Source of the DNA: Chloroflexota bacterium
GTDB lineage: Bacteria; Chloroflexota; UBA11872; VXOZ01
Direction: 5' to 3'
DNA length: 64,000 nt
Assembly (NCBI GenBank): GCA_965221905.1
Contig: OZ244922.1
Span: forward strand, 1,184,001 to 1,248,000
Positions 31,420-41,258 of the stretch are shown here, piece after piece. Position 1 is the first letter of the stretch. Each line of letters opens with the position of its first letter. The notes beneath the pieces are model-generated. The model saw only the letters and a program-made list of their open reading frames with translations. It was not told the DNA's origin and searched no databases. Position numbers and translations under genes: made by a program.

Positions 31420-31761
31420 ATGGAGTGCATTTTTTGCGGCATTGTCAATCGAAGCTTGCCGGCAGAGCTCATTTACGAAAGCGACCTGATCGTGGCGTTT
31501 CGCGACATTACTCCTCAGGCCCCGACGCACGTGCTCATCGTGCCGTGCGAGCACGTTGAATCGGTCGCCCAACTCAATGAAAGTCACACAGAACTCCTTG
31601 GCGAAATGTTCCTTGCAGCGAATGCAATCGCGCAGCAGGAAGGCATCGGTGAAACCGGCTACCGGCTGGTTTTCAACTGCGGCCGCGCGGCAGGGCAGTC
31701 GGTTGATCACGTGCATCTCCACCTCCTCGGTGGACGTAAGCTCGGCTGGCCGCCGGGTTAA
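31420..31761 (+). CDS. Histidine triad nucleotide-binding protein
   Basis: CIFC, HVHLH and LGWPPG motifs. Confidence 0.93.
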   Translation: MECIFCGIVNRSLPAELIYESDLIVAFRDITPQAPTHVLIVPCEHVESVAQLNESHTELLGEMFLAANAIAQQEGIGETGYRLVFNCGRAAGQSVDHVHLHLLGGRKLGWPPG

Positions 31762-31904
31762 TGCGCATTGCGATAGCGTGGCTCGTCTCATGACCGGTGC
31801 GCTGCTTCAAGCCGGCTGCGCCGGGTACTACTTACGCGCTTTGACCGCCTTCAAGTGCTTCTCTATCATGGAGTCTGGTCGCAGACATGGGAATGGAGCG
31901 CTGC

Positions 31905-32249
31905 ATGCGTTCGGTATATGACGACATCGTAATGCGGCTCGAGCAAGCGGAGTGCCTGGCGGTTGCTACCGTAATCGAAACGCGCGGTTCCACGCCGCAA
32001 AAGGTGGGCGCCAAGCTCTTGGTGCAGGAAGACGGACGCACGCAGGGCACCATTGGCGGCGGCTGTGTCGAAGCGGAGGTGTGGAAAGAAGCTACGGCAG
32101 CCCTGCGCGCCAAAGCTTCCCGTGTGGTCGAGGTGGACTTGAATGACGACGTAATGGGCGATGTCTGCGGCGGCACGCTTACCGTCTTCATTGACGTCTG
32201 GCAGCCGGAAACTGCTGCTGCGGATGGTCGGAGCGAGGATGGGGCATAG
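31905..32249 (+). CDS. XdhC/CoxI N-terminal domain protein
   Basis: GSTPQKVGAK, GTIGGGCVEA and VCGG motifs. Confidence 0.88.
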   Translation: MRSVYDDIVMRLEQAECLAVATVIETRGSTPQKVGAKLLVQEDGRTQGTIGGGCVEAEVWKEATAALRAKASRVVEVDLNDDVMGDVCGGTLTVFIDVWQPETAAADGRSEDGA

Positions 32250-32469
32250 GCGGTATTGCCGGCGGAAATTACCTATCCAAACCGCTGTCTGTGCCAAATT
32301 CCGTTTTCTGCGCCGAATCGATTCCGCTACCTGCTCGTGACCGCAACACACGAGCGGCCGCACTTGCAGCGAGGCCCCACCGCAAGAGCGGCATACGTCG
32401 TATCCATCGATTTCTAAAAGAAATGCCTGCTACTATGATTGAGCGCATGGAATCCCATGGAGTACGCGC

Positions 32470-33327
32470 ATGCTAGACTTGGCGCGACACGTGGCCGCGG
32501 TACTTGCACGTCGTCAGTCGGCAGTAATGGTTACCGTTGTCAACGCCCGCGGCGATGGCGGCGGAGCGACTCCGGGAGCCAAGCTCCTGTTCGCCTCTAA
32601 CGCGCGGACCCATGGCACGCTGGGCTCTGAAGCTCTCGACCAGGTTGCGCGCGACCGGGCGGCGCACGTAATCGACGAAAGGGAACCGCGGCTCGCGCAG
32701 TATTTGCCCGATGGGACCCCAGCGCCGCGACGCAGCCGGACCTACGTCCAGTTGCTCTACGAGCCGCTCCTACCGCCCGACCGCCTGCTTGTGATTGGCG
32801 CCGGGCATATTGCTGTTCCAATGCATGAGATCGGCAAAATTCTGGGATTTGAAGTAATCGTGGTGGATGATCGGGCTGACTTTGCCACCAAGGAGCGCTT
32901 TCCTAGCGCCGACGAGGTACTCTGCATCCCGTTTAGTACGGTGCCTGCGCAAATTACGATCGACCGCACGACCTATCTGGTGCTCGTTACGCGTGCGCAT
33001 GAGCACGATGAAGCAGTACTACGGCAGGTGGCGGATTCGCGGGCGCCGTATATTGGCATGATTGGGAGCAAGCGGCGGGTGATCACCGTTTATCGACGTC
33101 TCCTGGAGGAAGGGGTTACGCAAGAGCAGTTGCGCCGAATCTACGCGCCGGTAGGCCTCGCAATCAACGCGCGGACGCCGCAGGAGATTGCCGTTGCCGT
33201 CATGGCGGAGATAGTAAGTGTGAAGCGGCATGGCGAGGGCAACCACTCAGCGTTGCGGGAGTTGCCGCGCTCACTGCAGTCGGTTGCAGCCGCACCGCGG
33301 CCCCCTGTATCTTTACCGGAATCCTAG
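32470..33327 (+). CDS. XdhC family protein (CoxI-like plus Rossmann domain)
   Basis: GAGHIA, YIGMIGSKRR and PVGL...TPQEIA motifs. Confidence 0.9.
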   Translation: MLDLARHVAAVLARRQSAVMVTVVNARGDGGGATPGAKLLFASNARTHGTLGSEALDQVARDRAAHVIDEREPRLAQYLPDGTPAPRRSRTYVQLLYEPLLPPDRLLVIGAGHIAVPMHEIGKILGFEVIVVDDRADFATKERFPSADEVLCIPFSTVPAQITIDRTTYLVLVTRAHEHDEAVLRQVADSRAPYIGMIGSKRRVITVYRRLLEEGVTQEQLRRIYAPVGLAINARTPQEIAVAVMAEIVSVKRHGEGNHSALRELPRSLQSVAAAPRPPVSLPES

Positions 33328-33466
33328 CTGCGCGCTCGTGGGGGATGCACAATTCTACGTGAAGTGATACTCTATGGTGCAATAGACTAGTGAGAGTTCG
33401 ATGTGCCCGCTATGGCTGTTTGGCGCGAATGGGTGCGGCAGAAATTAACGATATGTGGAGGGTTTC

Positions 33467-33883
33467 ATGAGAATAGTTGCAAGCATACTGCTTGTGCTAA
33501 TGGTGTTCGGTTTGAGCGCGTGCCGCATTGGGCCGACGGCATCAGACAGACCGTTAGGCGAATCCGCAGTGTTGGGCGAGCTCGATGTGGTAGAAGAAGA
33601 GCCGACCGATGTCGTTCTGACCATCGATGGTGAGGGCGTGTCGCCGTCTGCTATTGCCGTACCCCGCGGGCCGGTGCACTTGTTAATACAGAATGAGGCA
33701 CAGCAGTCGCGGACGTTTACGCTCTCCGGAGATGAAATTGAGGAACAGAAGGTGTCGGTCTCTGCCGGACAAAGCTACACTTTGGAGCTTGTCCTTCCAC
33801 CTGGGATATATGAGTTTTTTGTGACCGGTGGCGACACTGAGTTGCGCGGCGTTATTACGGCGAATATCCCCAACTCCATCTAG
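33467..33883 (+). CDS. Cupredoxin-like fold lipoprotein
   Basis: LSAC lipobox; PGIYEFF pattern, but without the Cys/His copper ligands. Confidence 0.6.
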   Translation: MRIVASILLVLMVFGLSACRIGPTASDRPLGESAVLGELDVVEEEPTDVVLTIDGEGVSPSAIAVPRGPVHLLIQNEAQQSRTFTLSGDEIEEQKVSVSAGQSYTLELVLPPGIYEFFVTGGDTELRGVITANIPNSI

Positions 33884-33958
33884 ACCTCAGTGCGGTATGC
33901 GGCACGTTTTCTGACGAAAACGAGCGCATAACAACGGTACTAAAGAGCGAGAATGAAG

Positions 33959-33986
33959 AGGGCCGTGCAGGTTTCTGCACGGCCCT
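33959..33986. terminator. Hairpin terminator between convergent genes
   Basis: AGGGCCGTGCAG-gttt-CTGCACGGCCCT. Confidence 0.7.
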
Positions 33987-34000
33987 TGTGTTTCAGATTT

Positions 34001-36112
34001 TCAGTCTTTTCGTTCATAGCCCGGCATGAAGCCTTCGAACATGTCGCGCTTTTGCGTCCAGACACGGTCGCTCCAGCCATCCACCCCCGTGCCCCACTCC
34101 CAGGCCGGCAAGTCGGCAACGCGGTCAACGGTGGGCGCGATACCTTCCAAATAGTCGCGCGGCAGTGCGCCTTGGCATTGTGCCGGCGGCTCGATGTTGA
34201 GCAGATGACAGACGAGCGGCACGACGCTGGTCAAGTGCACGTAGCCCAGGCGATCGACCAGACGCCGATAGCCTTCTTTCAAGCCGGGCCCGTGCGTCAG
34301 GAGAAATGCCATGTTAGAGGAGAGGGCGGTGCGAGCGGTAGGCAAATACGGCCCGTGGTGCGCGCCGTACTCGGCCGGCTTAAAGACGTACGGGTCTTGT
34401 CCTGCCGCATCGCCGCCGGGATAGCCGCTGACATAGCCGTCCTCCATGGCATAGACGATGTCGCCGCACTGATCGCCCCAGCAGCCAAAGAGCGCGGCGT
34501 GGTACTTGGGCAGTGCTACGGCGACGGGACACTGTCCGGTCTCCTCATCCACCCACGAGCGTAGCAGCGTGATGACATCGCGCTGGATGCGCACGTACTC
34601 TTCCGAACCTTCCGGCGCGTTGATGAAGAGTTCGTAGTTGCGGACGGGAGTGATGAATACCTGCGTCCGGTCCATGTCGATCTTGGCAAAGTCTTCGTTG
34701 GGGTCGAAGTGCGCAATTGGCTCTGTGTAGGCTAAATAGCCGTTGTCATGGAGCAGGCGCGGGATGTCGGTGGCGCGGAACTGCGGAATGGCGGCGTGAT
34801 CGGAGACGACGATAACGGCAGTGTCCGCAGGCGTATTCTCCAGGAGCGTGCCGAAGAGGCGGTCGGCCACTTTGTAGGATTCGCGGTAGGCGCGCCAGCC
34901 CTCAGCGGCGTTCTCTTCGCGGTACCCGGGACAGGCGGGATCCACGAGCGGCAGGAAGATATGGTTGATGTAATCGAATATATGGATGTGGGTATAGAGT
35001 AACGCGTAGTCTTGCTCCTCGAGGAGGTACTTCCCTACACGGGCGATCCACTGGCATTGGTACTCAATCTCTTCGAGGCACGTATCCAGGTCGGCGATGC
35101 CCCAGACGTAGGGAAACACCGAGGCGTGTTCGAGATACGGCCCAAAGCGCTCGACCAATGTGCTGCTGAGTTCAGGCGGTTCGCAGAAGTCATCCACGTG
35201 CATGATTTGGGATCGGTAGAGCAGGAGACGACTCGCGTCGGGGGCGAGCTCGACGGCTTTGCAACGAAAGGCCGCTTGCTGTTCCGCACCTTCGACTATG
35301 AAGGTGCGATAGATCCAGTCGCTCCAGGAGCCCACGTGCGTGCGGCCGAGCTCCGTTTGGCCGTCGCGGGTCGCGTGGATTACGACGGTGTCGTATCCCT
35401 TGCCTGCCGTGTCGAGCACGAGACCCCAGAGAGTTTGATTCTCACCATCGCGCTTGGTGATGATTTCGATGGGGAATTCCAGCGGCGGCATGCTTCCGGC
35501 GGTACTTTCCGGCAGGTTCTGCCAGGTTCCGTCATCCAGTGGCGGCTGGTGGGCAGCATTCAAGAGCGACGCTTGTGCGCTTCCTGTTACGGTTACCGAG
35601 GCTCTGGCCGTTTGTAACCCGATCTGCGTGCTGTTGGTAACGTTTTCGAGGTTCGTGTAGCCCCACGCAGGTGTGACTTCGAACGGTGTAGTGCCGTAGG
35701 CGGGATGGCCGAACCCGTCGATGACGTGGGCGAGCGGCGATTGGCTCGGTGATGCCGCCGGATAGTGAATTGCGACGCTCTTGAGCCCGGCTTTCGCGGC
35801 CGCTTCGAAGACGTTTTCAGCCGCTGCCGCCGGGCGAATGAAGGCAGACAAGGTCTGCTCCTCGTGCCGGGGCGTTGGCAGGTTGAGAAACCAGCGCGAG
35901 ACGCTGTGCGTGCCGGTGTGCGCGCCCGTAGCGAGGGTAGTCCAGTTTGTAGGCGTCCATACCGGCATGGAGGGGTAGGCTTCGCCTACGATACCGGCAT
36001 CCGCCAGCTTCTTGAGATTCGGCAGCAGCCCCTCTGCGGCAAACCGCTCGTACATGGGGAACATCATGCCGTCGAGGCCTATGACGTAGACGCGCTTGAC
36101 CTGCTCCGTCAT
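34001..36112 (-). CDS. Alkaline phosphatase superfamily, type I phosphodiesterase/nucleotide pyrophosphatase
   Basis: VIGLDG, TPTNWTTLATG and VVSDH motifs. Confidence 0.85.
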   Translation of the reverse strand: MTEQVKRVYVIGLDGMMFPMYERFAAEGLLPNLKKLADAGIVGEAYPSMPVWTPTNWTTLATGAHTGTHSVSRWFLNLPTPRHEEQTLSAFIRPAAAAENVFEAAAKAGLKSVAIHYPAASPSQSPLAHVIDGFGHPAYGTTPFEVTPAWGYTNLENVTNSTQIGLQTARASVTVTGSAQASLLNAAHQPPLDDGTWQNLPESTAGSMPPLEFPIEIITKRDGENQTLWGLVLDTAGKGYDTVVIHATRDGQTELGRTHVGSWSDWIYRTFIVEGAEQQAAFRCKAVELAPDASRLLLYRSQIMHVDDFCEPPELSSTLVERFGPYLEHASVFPYVWGIADLDTCLEEIEYQCQWIARVGKYLLEEQDYALLYTHIHIFDYINHIFLPLVDPACPGYREENAAEGWRAYRESYKVADRLFGTLLENTPADTAVIVVSDHAAIPQFRATDIPRLLHDNGYLAYTEPIAHFDPNEDFAKIDMDRTQVFITPVRNYELFINAPEGSEEYVRIQRDVITLLRSWVDEETGQCPVAVALPKYHAALFGCWGDQCGDIVYAMEDGYVSGYPGGDAAGQDPYVFKPAEYGAHHGPYLPTARTALSSNMAFLLTHGPGLKEGYRRLVDRLGYVHLTSVVPLVCHLLNIEPPAQCQGALPRDYLEGIAPTVDRVADLPAWEWGTGVDGWSDRVWTQKRDMFEGFMPGYERKD

Positions 36113-36270
36113 AATTCTCACTCCTTTTTGCGTCGGTTGTTCATCGGTCTTGGCAATCGGCGCCTGCGGCGAGCGGCACATCCTCACTGAGCGCTTGGCA
36201 AGGGACGAGCCTCAACCCCTATATAACTCTACGATGAGAGCAATCATGGGGATCACTCCGGCAGAAGTCT

Positions 36271-36295
36271 GGCGCAGGTTTTAAACCTGCGCTAC
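36271..36295 (-). repeat. GTAG-type REP-like palindrome
   Basis: GGCGCAGGTTTTAAACCTGCGCTAC. Confidence 0.8.
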
Positions 36296-36428
36296 CGGGA
36301 GGAGGTGGCGCTTCGCACGCTCGGTGTGTAGCGGCAGCCGTTCAATCGCTAACTTTGGATGAGTCCCGCGAATTGCACTTCCCAAGGTCTTACTGACAGC
36401 CATGATCTGCAGTGAACAATCAAGCGAG

Positions 36429-37346
36429 TTAGCGCGTGCCCATAGCGAGCAGCACCCAGTCACCCGCCTCTTTGCGGTCAAGCAGGTTAAGACCCTCCGC
36501 CTCAAAGGCTGCGAGCGCCTCGTCGGCCTTTGTGTCAATGATGCCACACGCGAGCAGGCGCCCGCGCGGCGCCAGCACTGCCGGCAGCCGGGGCGACAAC
36601 GTGATGAGGGACTGGGCGGTAATGTTGGCAAGGATAACGTCATAGGTGGGCGAAGGAGCGGGCAGCGGAAGTGTGCCTTCCATCACGGTGATGGTGTCGG
36701 TGAGACCGGCCTGCGCGACATTATCGCGAGCGGCGGCCACAGCCACCGGGTCCGTGTCCAGCGCGTCTACGCGCGCTGCGCCGAGCTTAGCCGCGGCGAT
36801 GGCCAGAATGCCGGAACCTGTGCCCACGTCAAGAACCTGTGCGCCGGTTACGGGCAGTTTTTCAAGCGATTCTAAGCAAAGCTGTGTCGTGGGGTGCGTA
36901 CCGGTGCCGAAGGCCATGCCCGGATCGAGCGCGATCACAATCTCATTGGGCTTGGGTTCGTAAGCTTGCCAGCGCGGCTTGACGACCAGGCGCTCACCGA
37001 CGTGAAGCACGGTATAGAATTGCTTCCAAGCATTGGCCCAGTCCTCCTCCGCTACCCACTTCGTGGTCAGTTCGCCGACCAGGTCGCCGTGAAAAGCGTG
37101 CAGGTGCCAGAGGTCTCTTTCCAGGCCGTCGCGGCGCGCGGCCGGCGCGATGGTATCGGGCAGATAAGTTGTGAGAGTGAGCCAAGCGCCGACCGGACGC
37201 GGGGCATGGTCGAGGGATTCTTGCTCGTGCTCCTGGAAGATCGCCACACCGCCCTCACCCCACTTATGCAACAGGGCCGCGACCGTTTCCGCCGCCTCCT
37301 CATGGGCCCGCACGGCAAGTTCCAGCCAACGCTTTGGGGCGTTCAT
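36429..37346 (-). CDS. prmA: Ribosomal protein L11 methyltransferase
   Basis: EEDWANAWK, DPGMAFGTGTHPTT and LDVGTGSGIL motifs. Confidence 0.95.
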   Translation of the reverse strand: MNAPKRWLELAVRAHEEAAETVAALLHKWGEGGVAIFQEHEQESLDHAPRPVGAWLTLTTYLPDTIAPAARRDGLERDLWHLHAFHGDLVGELTTKWVAEEDWANAWKQFYTVLHVGERLVVKPRWQAYEPKPNEIVIALDPGMAFGTGTHPTTQLCLESLEKLPVTGAQVLDVGTGSGILAIAAAKLGAARVDALDTDPVAVAAARDNVAQAGLTDTITVMEGTLPLPAPSPTYDVILANITAQSLITLSPRLPAVLAPRGRLLACGIIDTKADEALAAFEAEGLNLLDRKEAGDWVLLAMGTR

Positions 37347-38221
37347 GGGTGCTGCCCGTCTGTTGCCGCGGCGAATGTGTTGGGATTCTCCAGCTCATGA
37401 AAACTGACGTCTGGGAAGTCCCGAAAGCGCCGCTGCATAATCGCGATGGCCTGCGGGTTATCGTCAATGAGCATGAAAGAGCGACCGCATTCGTGCGCTG
37501 CTATGCCGGTGGTGCCGCTGCCGGCGAAGAAATCGAGCACCGTATCGCCGGGATTGGAGGAAGCCCGAACAATGCGTCGCAGTATGCCGAGCGGTTTCTG
37601 CGTGGGGTAGCCGGTGCGCTCTTTGCCATTCGTCGGGACGATGGTGTGCCACCAGACATCTGTGGGGAGCTTGCCGCGCGCTGCCTTCTCCGGCCCCACC
37701 AGACCGGGAGCCATGTAGGGCACGCGATCAATGGCGTCAACATTGAAGACGTAGTTTCCGGAACTCTTTACATAAACGAGAATGTTGTCGTGCTTGGGCG
37801 GCCACTTTTTCTTGGTACGACCGCCGTAGTCGTAGGCCCAAATGATTTCGTTCAGGAAGCACTCTCTGCTAAAGATACGGTCGAGCAGCACCTTGCAGTA
37901 GTGAACTTCACGATAGTCGATGTGAAAGTAGAGCGTGCCGTGAGGTGCAAGGACGCGATACGCTTCGCACAAGCGCGGCTCCAAGAAGGATAGAAAGTCA
38001 TCGAATACATCGGCATAGGTGTGGCTGCCGATGGGAGTTGTACGGTACTGCTTGCCTTGGAAACCCTTGCGGTCGCCATTTTCAGCAGCGACCGTCTCCA
38101 AGCGCGTGTAGTGACGGTCTTTGCCGGTGTTAAATGGTGGGTCTATATAGATGAGGGGAAAAGTATCGTTGGGGAGCTGCTTGAGAATGGGAAGATTATC
38201 GCCGAACCAGACCTGGTTCAC
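37343..38221 (-). CDS. Site-specific DNA N6-adenine/N4-cytosine methyltransferase, beta class
   Basis: DPPF motif IV precedes the FAGSGTTG motif I; YPTQKP. Confidence 0.92.
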   Translation of the reverse strand: MNQVWFGDNLPILKQLPNDTFPLIYIDPPFNTGKDRHYTRLETVAAENGDRKGFQGKQYRTTPIGSHTYADVFDDFLSFLEPRLCEAYRVLAPHGTLYFHIDYREVHYCKVLLDRIFSRECFLNEIIWAYDYGGRTKKKWPPKHDNILVYVKSSGNYVFNVDAIDRVPYMAPGLVGPEKAARGKLPTDVWWHTIVPTNGKERTGYPTQKPLGILRRIVRASSNPGDTVLDFFAGSGTTGIAAHECGRSFMLIDDNPQAIAIMQRRFRDFPDVSFHELENPNTFAAATDGQHP

Positions 38222-39339
38222 CCCAGCGCGTCCTTCATCTTATCGAAGAAGCCCTTATCGTCTTGCGGGCTTGTCTTGCCGCCAAGAGTCTTTGCCAGCT
38301 CTTGGAGCAATTCTCTTTGGTGGGTGGAGAGCCGATCCGGTACCTCTACGTGGACGTGAACGTGCTGATCGCCCCGGCCGCCGCCGTTCAGATGCGGCAC
38401 GCCGCGCCTGCGCAGGGTAAATACCGAGCCCGATTGCGTACCGGGCGGAATTTGCACGCTCTCGTTGCCTTCCAAGGTCGGCACTGCTACCGTGTCGCCC
38501 ATGGCGGCCTGGGCAAAGTTAATGAGATAGTCGAGGTGGATGTCATCGTTTTCACGCTCGAAGCGGTCGTCAGGCCGCACAGTGACGAAAACGTAGAGAT
38601 CGCCGCGGGGTCCGGTCCTGGGGCCGGCTTCGCCTTGGCCGCCCAGGCGGATACGCAAGCCACTATCCACGCCGGCCGGTACCTTGACGGAAATCGTGCG
38701 GTTCTGCTTGGTGCGCCCGCTGCCGGTGCAGGTGCCGCAGCGCACGGTCGGTACCTTGCCTTCGCCCCCGCAACGCGAGCACGTGGCGACGGTGGTGAAT
38801 TGTCCGAAGAAGTTCGATTGCATGCGCCGGACTTGACCTTGCCCTTTGCACGCCGGACAGGTGCCGATTTTGCTCCCCGGCTCTGCGCCGCTGCCTGAAC
38901 AGTCCGGGCAGGACTCCAGTCGAGAAACGTCGATGTCTTTCTCAGCGCCAAAGACGGCTTCCGCGAATTCGAGCGTCAGATCCATGCGCAGGTCGGCGCC
39001 CGTTTCCGGGCCGGTGCGTGCTGAAGGACGCGCGCCAACGCCGAAGAACGCCTCAAAGATATCGCCTATGCCGCCCATGTCCGAGGGGTCAACGCCTCGC
39101 GGCATGCCGCCGGAGCGACCGTTCGTGTGGCCGAAGAGGTCGTAGGCGCGCCGTTTCTGCGGGTCGCGCAAGGTTTCGTACGCTTCGTTGATCTCCTTGA
39201 AGCGCGCCTCGGCGTCCGCGGCCTTACTCACATCGGGGTGGTACTTTCGGGCGAGCTTGCGGAAGGCTTGCTTGACCTCCGCCTCAGATGCGTCACGGCT
39301 TACACCGAGCGTCTCGTAGTAATCGGCTTTCGTACTCAT
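38218..39339 (-). CDS. dnaJ: Chaperone DnaJ
   Basis: J domain HPD and four CxxCxGxG repeats. Confidence 0.97.
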   Translation of the reverse strand: MSTKADYYETLGVSRDASEAEVKQAFRKLARKYHPDVSKAADAEARFKEINEAYETLRDPQKRRAYDLFGHTNGRSGGMPRGVDPSDMGGIGDIFEAFFGVGARPSARTGPETGADLRMDLTLEFAEAVFGAEKDIDVSRLESCPDCSGSGAEPGSKIGTCPACKGQGQVRRMQSNFFGQFTTVATCSRCGGEGKVPTVRCGTCTGSGRTKQNRTISVKVPAGVDSGLRIRLGGQGEAGPRTGPRGDLYVFVTVRPDDRFERENDDIHLDYLINFAQAAMGDTVAVPTLEGNESVQIPPGTQSGSVFTLRRRGVPHLNGGGRGDQHVHVHVEVPDRLSTHQRELLQELAKTLGGKTSPQDDKGFFDKMKDALG

Positions 39340-39413
39340 CTATTCCTAGTTCACCATCTTGAGTTTTAGCGTGCACGGTGTCTACGCGTGCACGGTATTT
39401 ACACCTGCGCGGG

Positions 39414-39488
39414 GTCTACGCTTGAGCGACGTCTACGCTTGAGCGACGTCTACGCGTGAGCGACGTCTACGCGTGAGCGACGTCTACA
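39414..39488. repeat. 17-bp tandem repeat at the 3' end of grpE
   Basis: GTCTACGC(T/G)TGAGCGAC x4 plus a partial copy containing the grpE stop codon. Confidence 0.9.
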
Positions 39489-40209
39489 CTTGCGGGGCGT
39501 CATTGCCGGTTTCTATCGCGTCAGTGTCAGCGGCGTCCTGCTCTGCATCGGCTTCCGGGCTCTGTGGCGGCGGTCCTACCTTGACGAGGCTGGGACGCAA
39601 TACACGGTCGTGCATTACGTAGCCCTTTTGCAGCTCTTCGAGCACAACTATCTCGCCGTCATTGTCCTCACCTTCGCGCATCACAACTTCGTGGTAGTTG
39701 GGGTCGAAGGGTTGTTCATGTGTGTCAATAGGCTGCAAGCCGCGCTTCTCAAGCACGTTGCGCGCCATTTGATGGACCAGGTCAACACCTTGCAGCCACG
39801 AGAAGAAGCGGAGTTCGCGGGGTATCGTGTCCAATGCCCGCTCGAAATTATCGAGAATGGGGAGGAACTCAGCGACGAGGAGCGCAGTCGCAAATTTGGA
39901 CTGCTCTTCCTGCTCTTGCTGCGTGCGCCGCCGAAAGTTCGCAAAGTCGGCACGCGCACGGGCAAGCGCTTCGCGGACTTGCTGCAAATCTTCTTCTTTG
40001 GCCCCAAGCGATTCGTTGGCAGCGGACAACTCGGCATTGAGGCGAGCTATCTCACTCTTGGCGGCGTCTCCCGGATCGGATGCCTCTCCGCTCTCGTTCG
40101 CAGGTTCCGCTGCTGCCGCACCCTGTAGGTCTTCTTCAGGGGAAGCAGCGGCTGCCATTTTCTCAGTTGAACTCTTCTTCTTGGTACTACTTGCTTTCTT
40201 TGACGCCAT
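39484..40209 (-). CDS. grpE: Nucleotide exchange factor GrpE
   Basis: RARADFANFRRR, FDPNYHE and QKGY...RVLRPSLVKV motifs. Confidence 0.95.
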   Translation of the reverse strand: MASKKASSTKKKSSTEKMAAAASPEEDLQGAAAAEPANESGEASDPGDAAKSEIARLNAELSAANESLGAKEEDLQQVREALARARADFANFRRRTQQEQEEQSKFATALLVAEFLPILDNFERALDTIPRELRFFSWLQGVDLVHQMARNVLEKRGLQPIDTHEQPFDPNYHEVVMREGEDNDGEIVVLEELQKGYVMHDRVLRPSLVKVGPPPQSPEADAEQDAADTDAIETGNDAPQV

Positions 40210-40454
40210 TTATCCTATCCTGCCGGCATGAAATCCATTGTGTGTGAGGGTGGGCTGTGGTTCTCCTGACTCCTAGTATACTCAATCTCCGCCTGAGAGG
40301 GAGAAGGGGGCCGGACGCGCCGATGCGTCCGTACCTTTGCTGTGCGTCACCAATCGCCGAATTGATAAGAGGCGAAGCTCACGTCCGGCATGGTTGGCTA
40401 AAGGGCTGCCAGGCAGACTGTCGGCTGCAGCGAAAGGTGGCACGCAATTCAGCA

Positions 40455-41258
40455 TCAGATTCCGGCAATGTCCCGTCGACGGAAGACGAGCGCCGCTGCT
40501 CCAAGAAAAACCAGGCTGGCGGCCAGCAGCACTGCAGGGTCTCCGAATGCCAGGTCTTCACGCAGGATAGCCAATGGTTCGAAGTAGTTGAACGGCCCCA
40601 AGATCCGGTAGTCGTGAAGGCCCTCGACGATGTCTGTGAATGCGTCGAAGAAGTATGCGCCTACCGTAAAGACGGCACCGATAACGCCGGCAAGCCGGCG
40701 CGACGGGAGCAAGGCGGAAAGGAATAACGAGAAGCAATAGAAGAGCGCTCCCACAGCAAAGGTGCTGAGGAGTACAAGGCCGAGACGATCGAGCGCCAGC
40801 ACGGCTTCTTCCACGAGGGCCGTACTCACCCAGAGCACCGCACCTATGAGCACGAGAACCAACGCGATGCTGAGCAGCGTAGCGATTGCTTTTTGTATGA
40901 CCACTTGGCTGCGCGCTATGGGAAGGGAGAGGAGCGTGTCCATGGTGCCGCGTTCTTCTTCACCCCGAAGCGCCCCAGTGCCCTCGATGATCGCGAAAAT
41001 TGCCAAGATCAACGGCAAGATGATCAAGTACTGCGACACCAGGTAGCCGTCGAACTCGGTCAGTGAGAGCACGCCGCCGGTAAAAGCCTTGTAGGCGTCC
41101 GGCAGGTTCTTCATGGCCTCCTCGACTTCAGCGCCGCTTGCTGCGAAACTGGGGTAGATTGCGATGACTAGCAGCGCGAGCGCGCCAAGGCCGAGTCCAT
41201 AGGCCAGGATTGGAATGCGCTGGTCACGCAGGGTCTTGAGCAGCAGATTCTGCAGCAT
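40455..41258 (-). CDS. ABC-2 type transporter permease
   Basis: GEEERGTMDTLLSLPIAR, six TM segments, FRRRDI C-terminus. Confidence 0.9.
   Translation of the reverse strand: MLQNLLLKTLRDQRIPILAYGLGLGALALLVIAIYPSFAASGAEVEEAMKNLPDAYKAFTGGVLSLTEFDGYLVSQYLIILPLILAIFAIIEGTGALRGEEERGTMDTLLSLPIARSQVVIQKAIATLLSIALVLVLIGAVLWVSTALVEEAVLALDRLGLVLLSTFAVGALFYCFSLFLSALLPSRRLAGVIGAVFTVGAYFFDAFTDIVEGLHDYRILGPFNYFEPLAILREDLAFGDPAVLLAASLVFLGAAALVFRRRDIAGI

Noticed and set aside
39414-39488. Possible CRISPR array
   Set aside because: Contiguous 17-bp tandem repeat without spacers.
40265-40286. HspR (HAIR)-like operator upstream of grpE
   Set aside because: CCTGACT-N8-ACTCAAT has several mismatches and the wrong spacing; no CIRCE was seen either.
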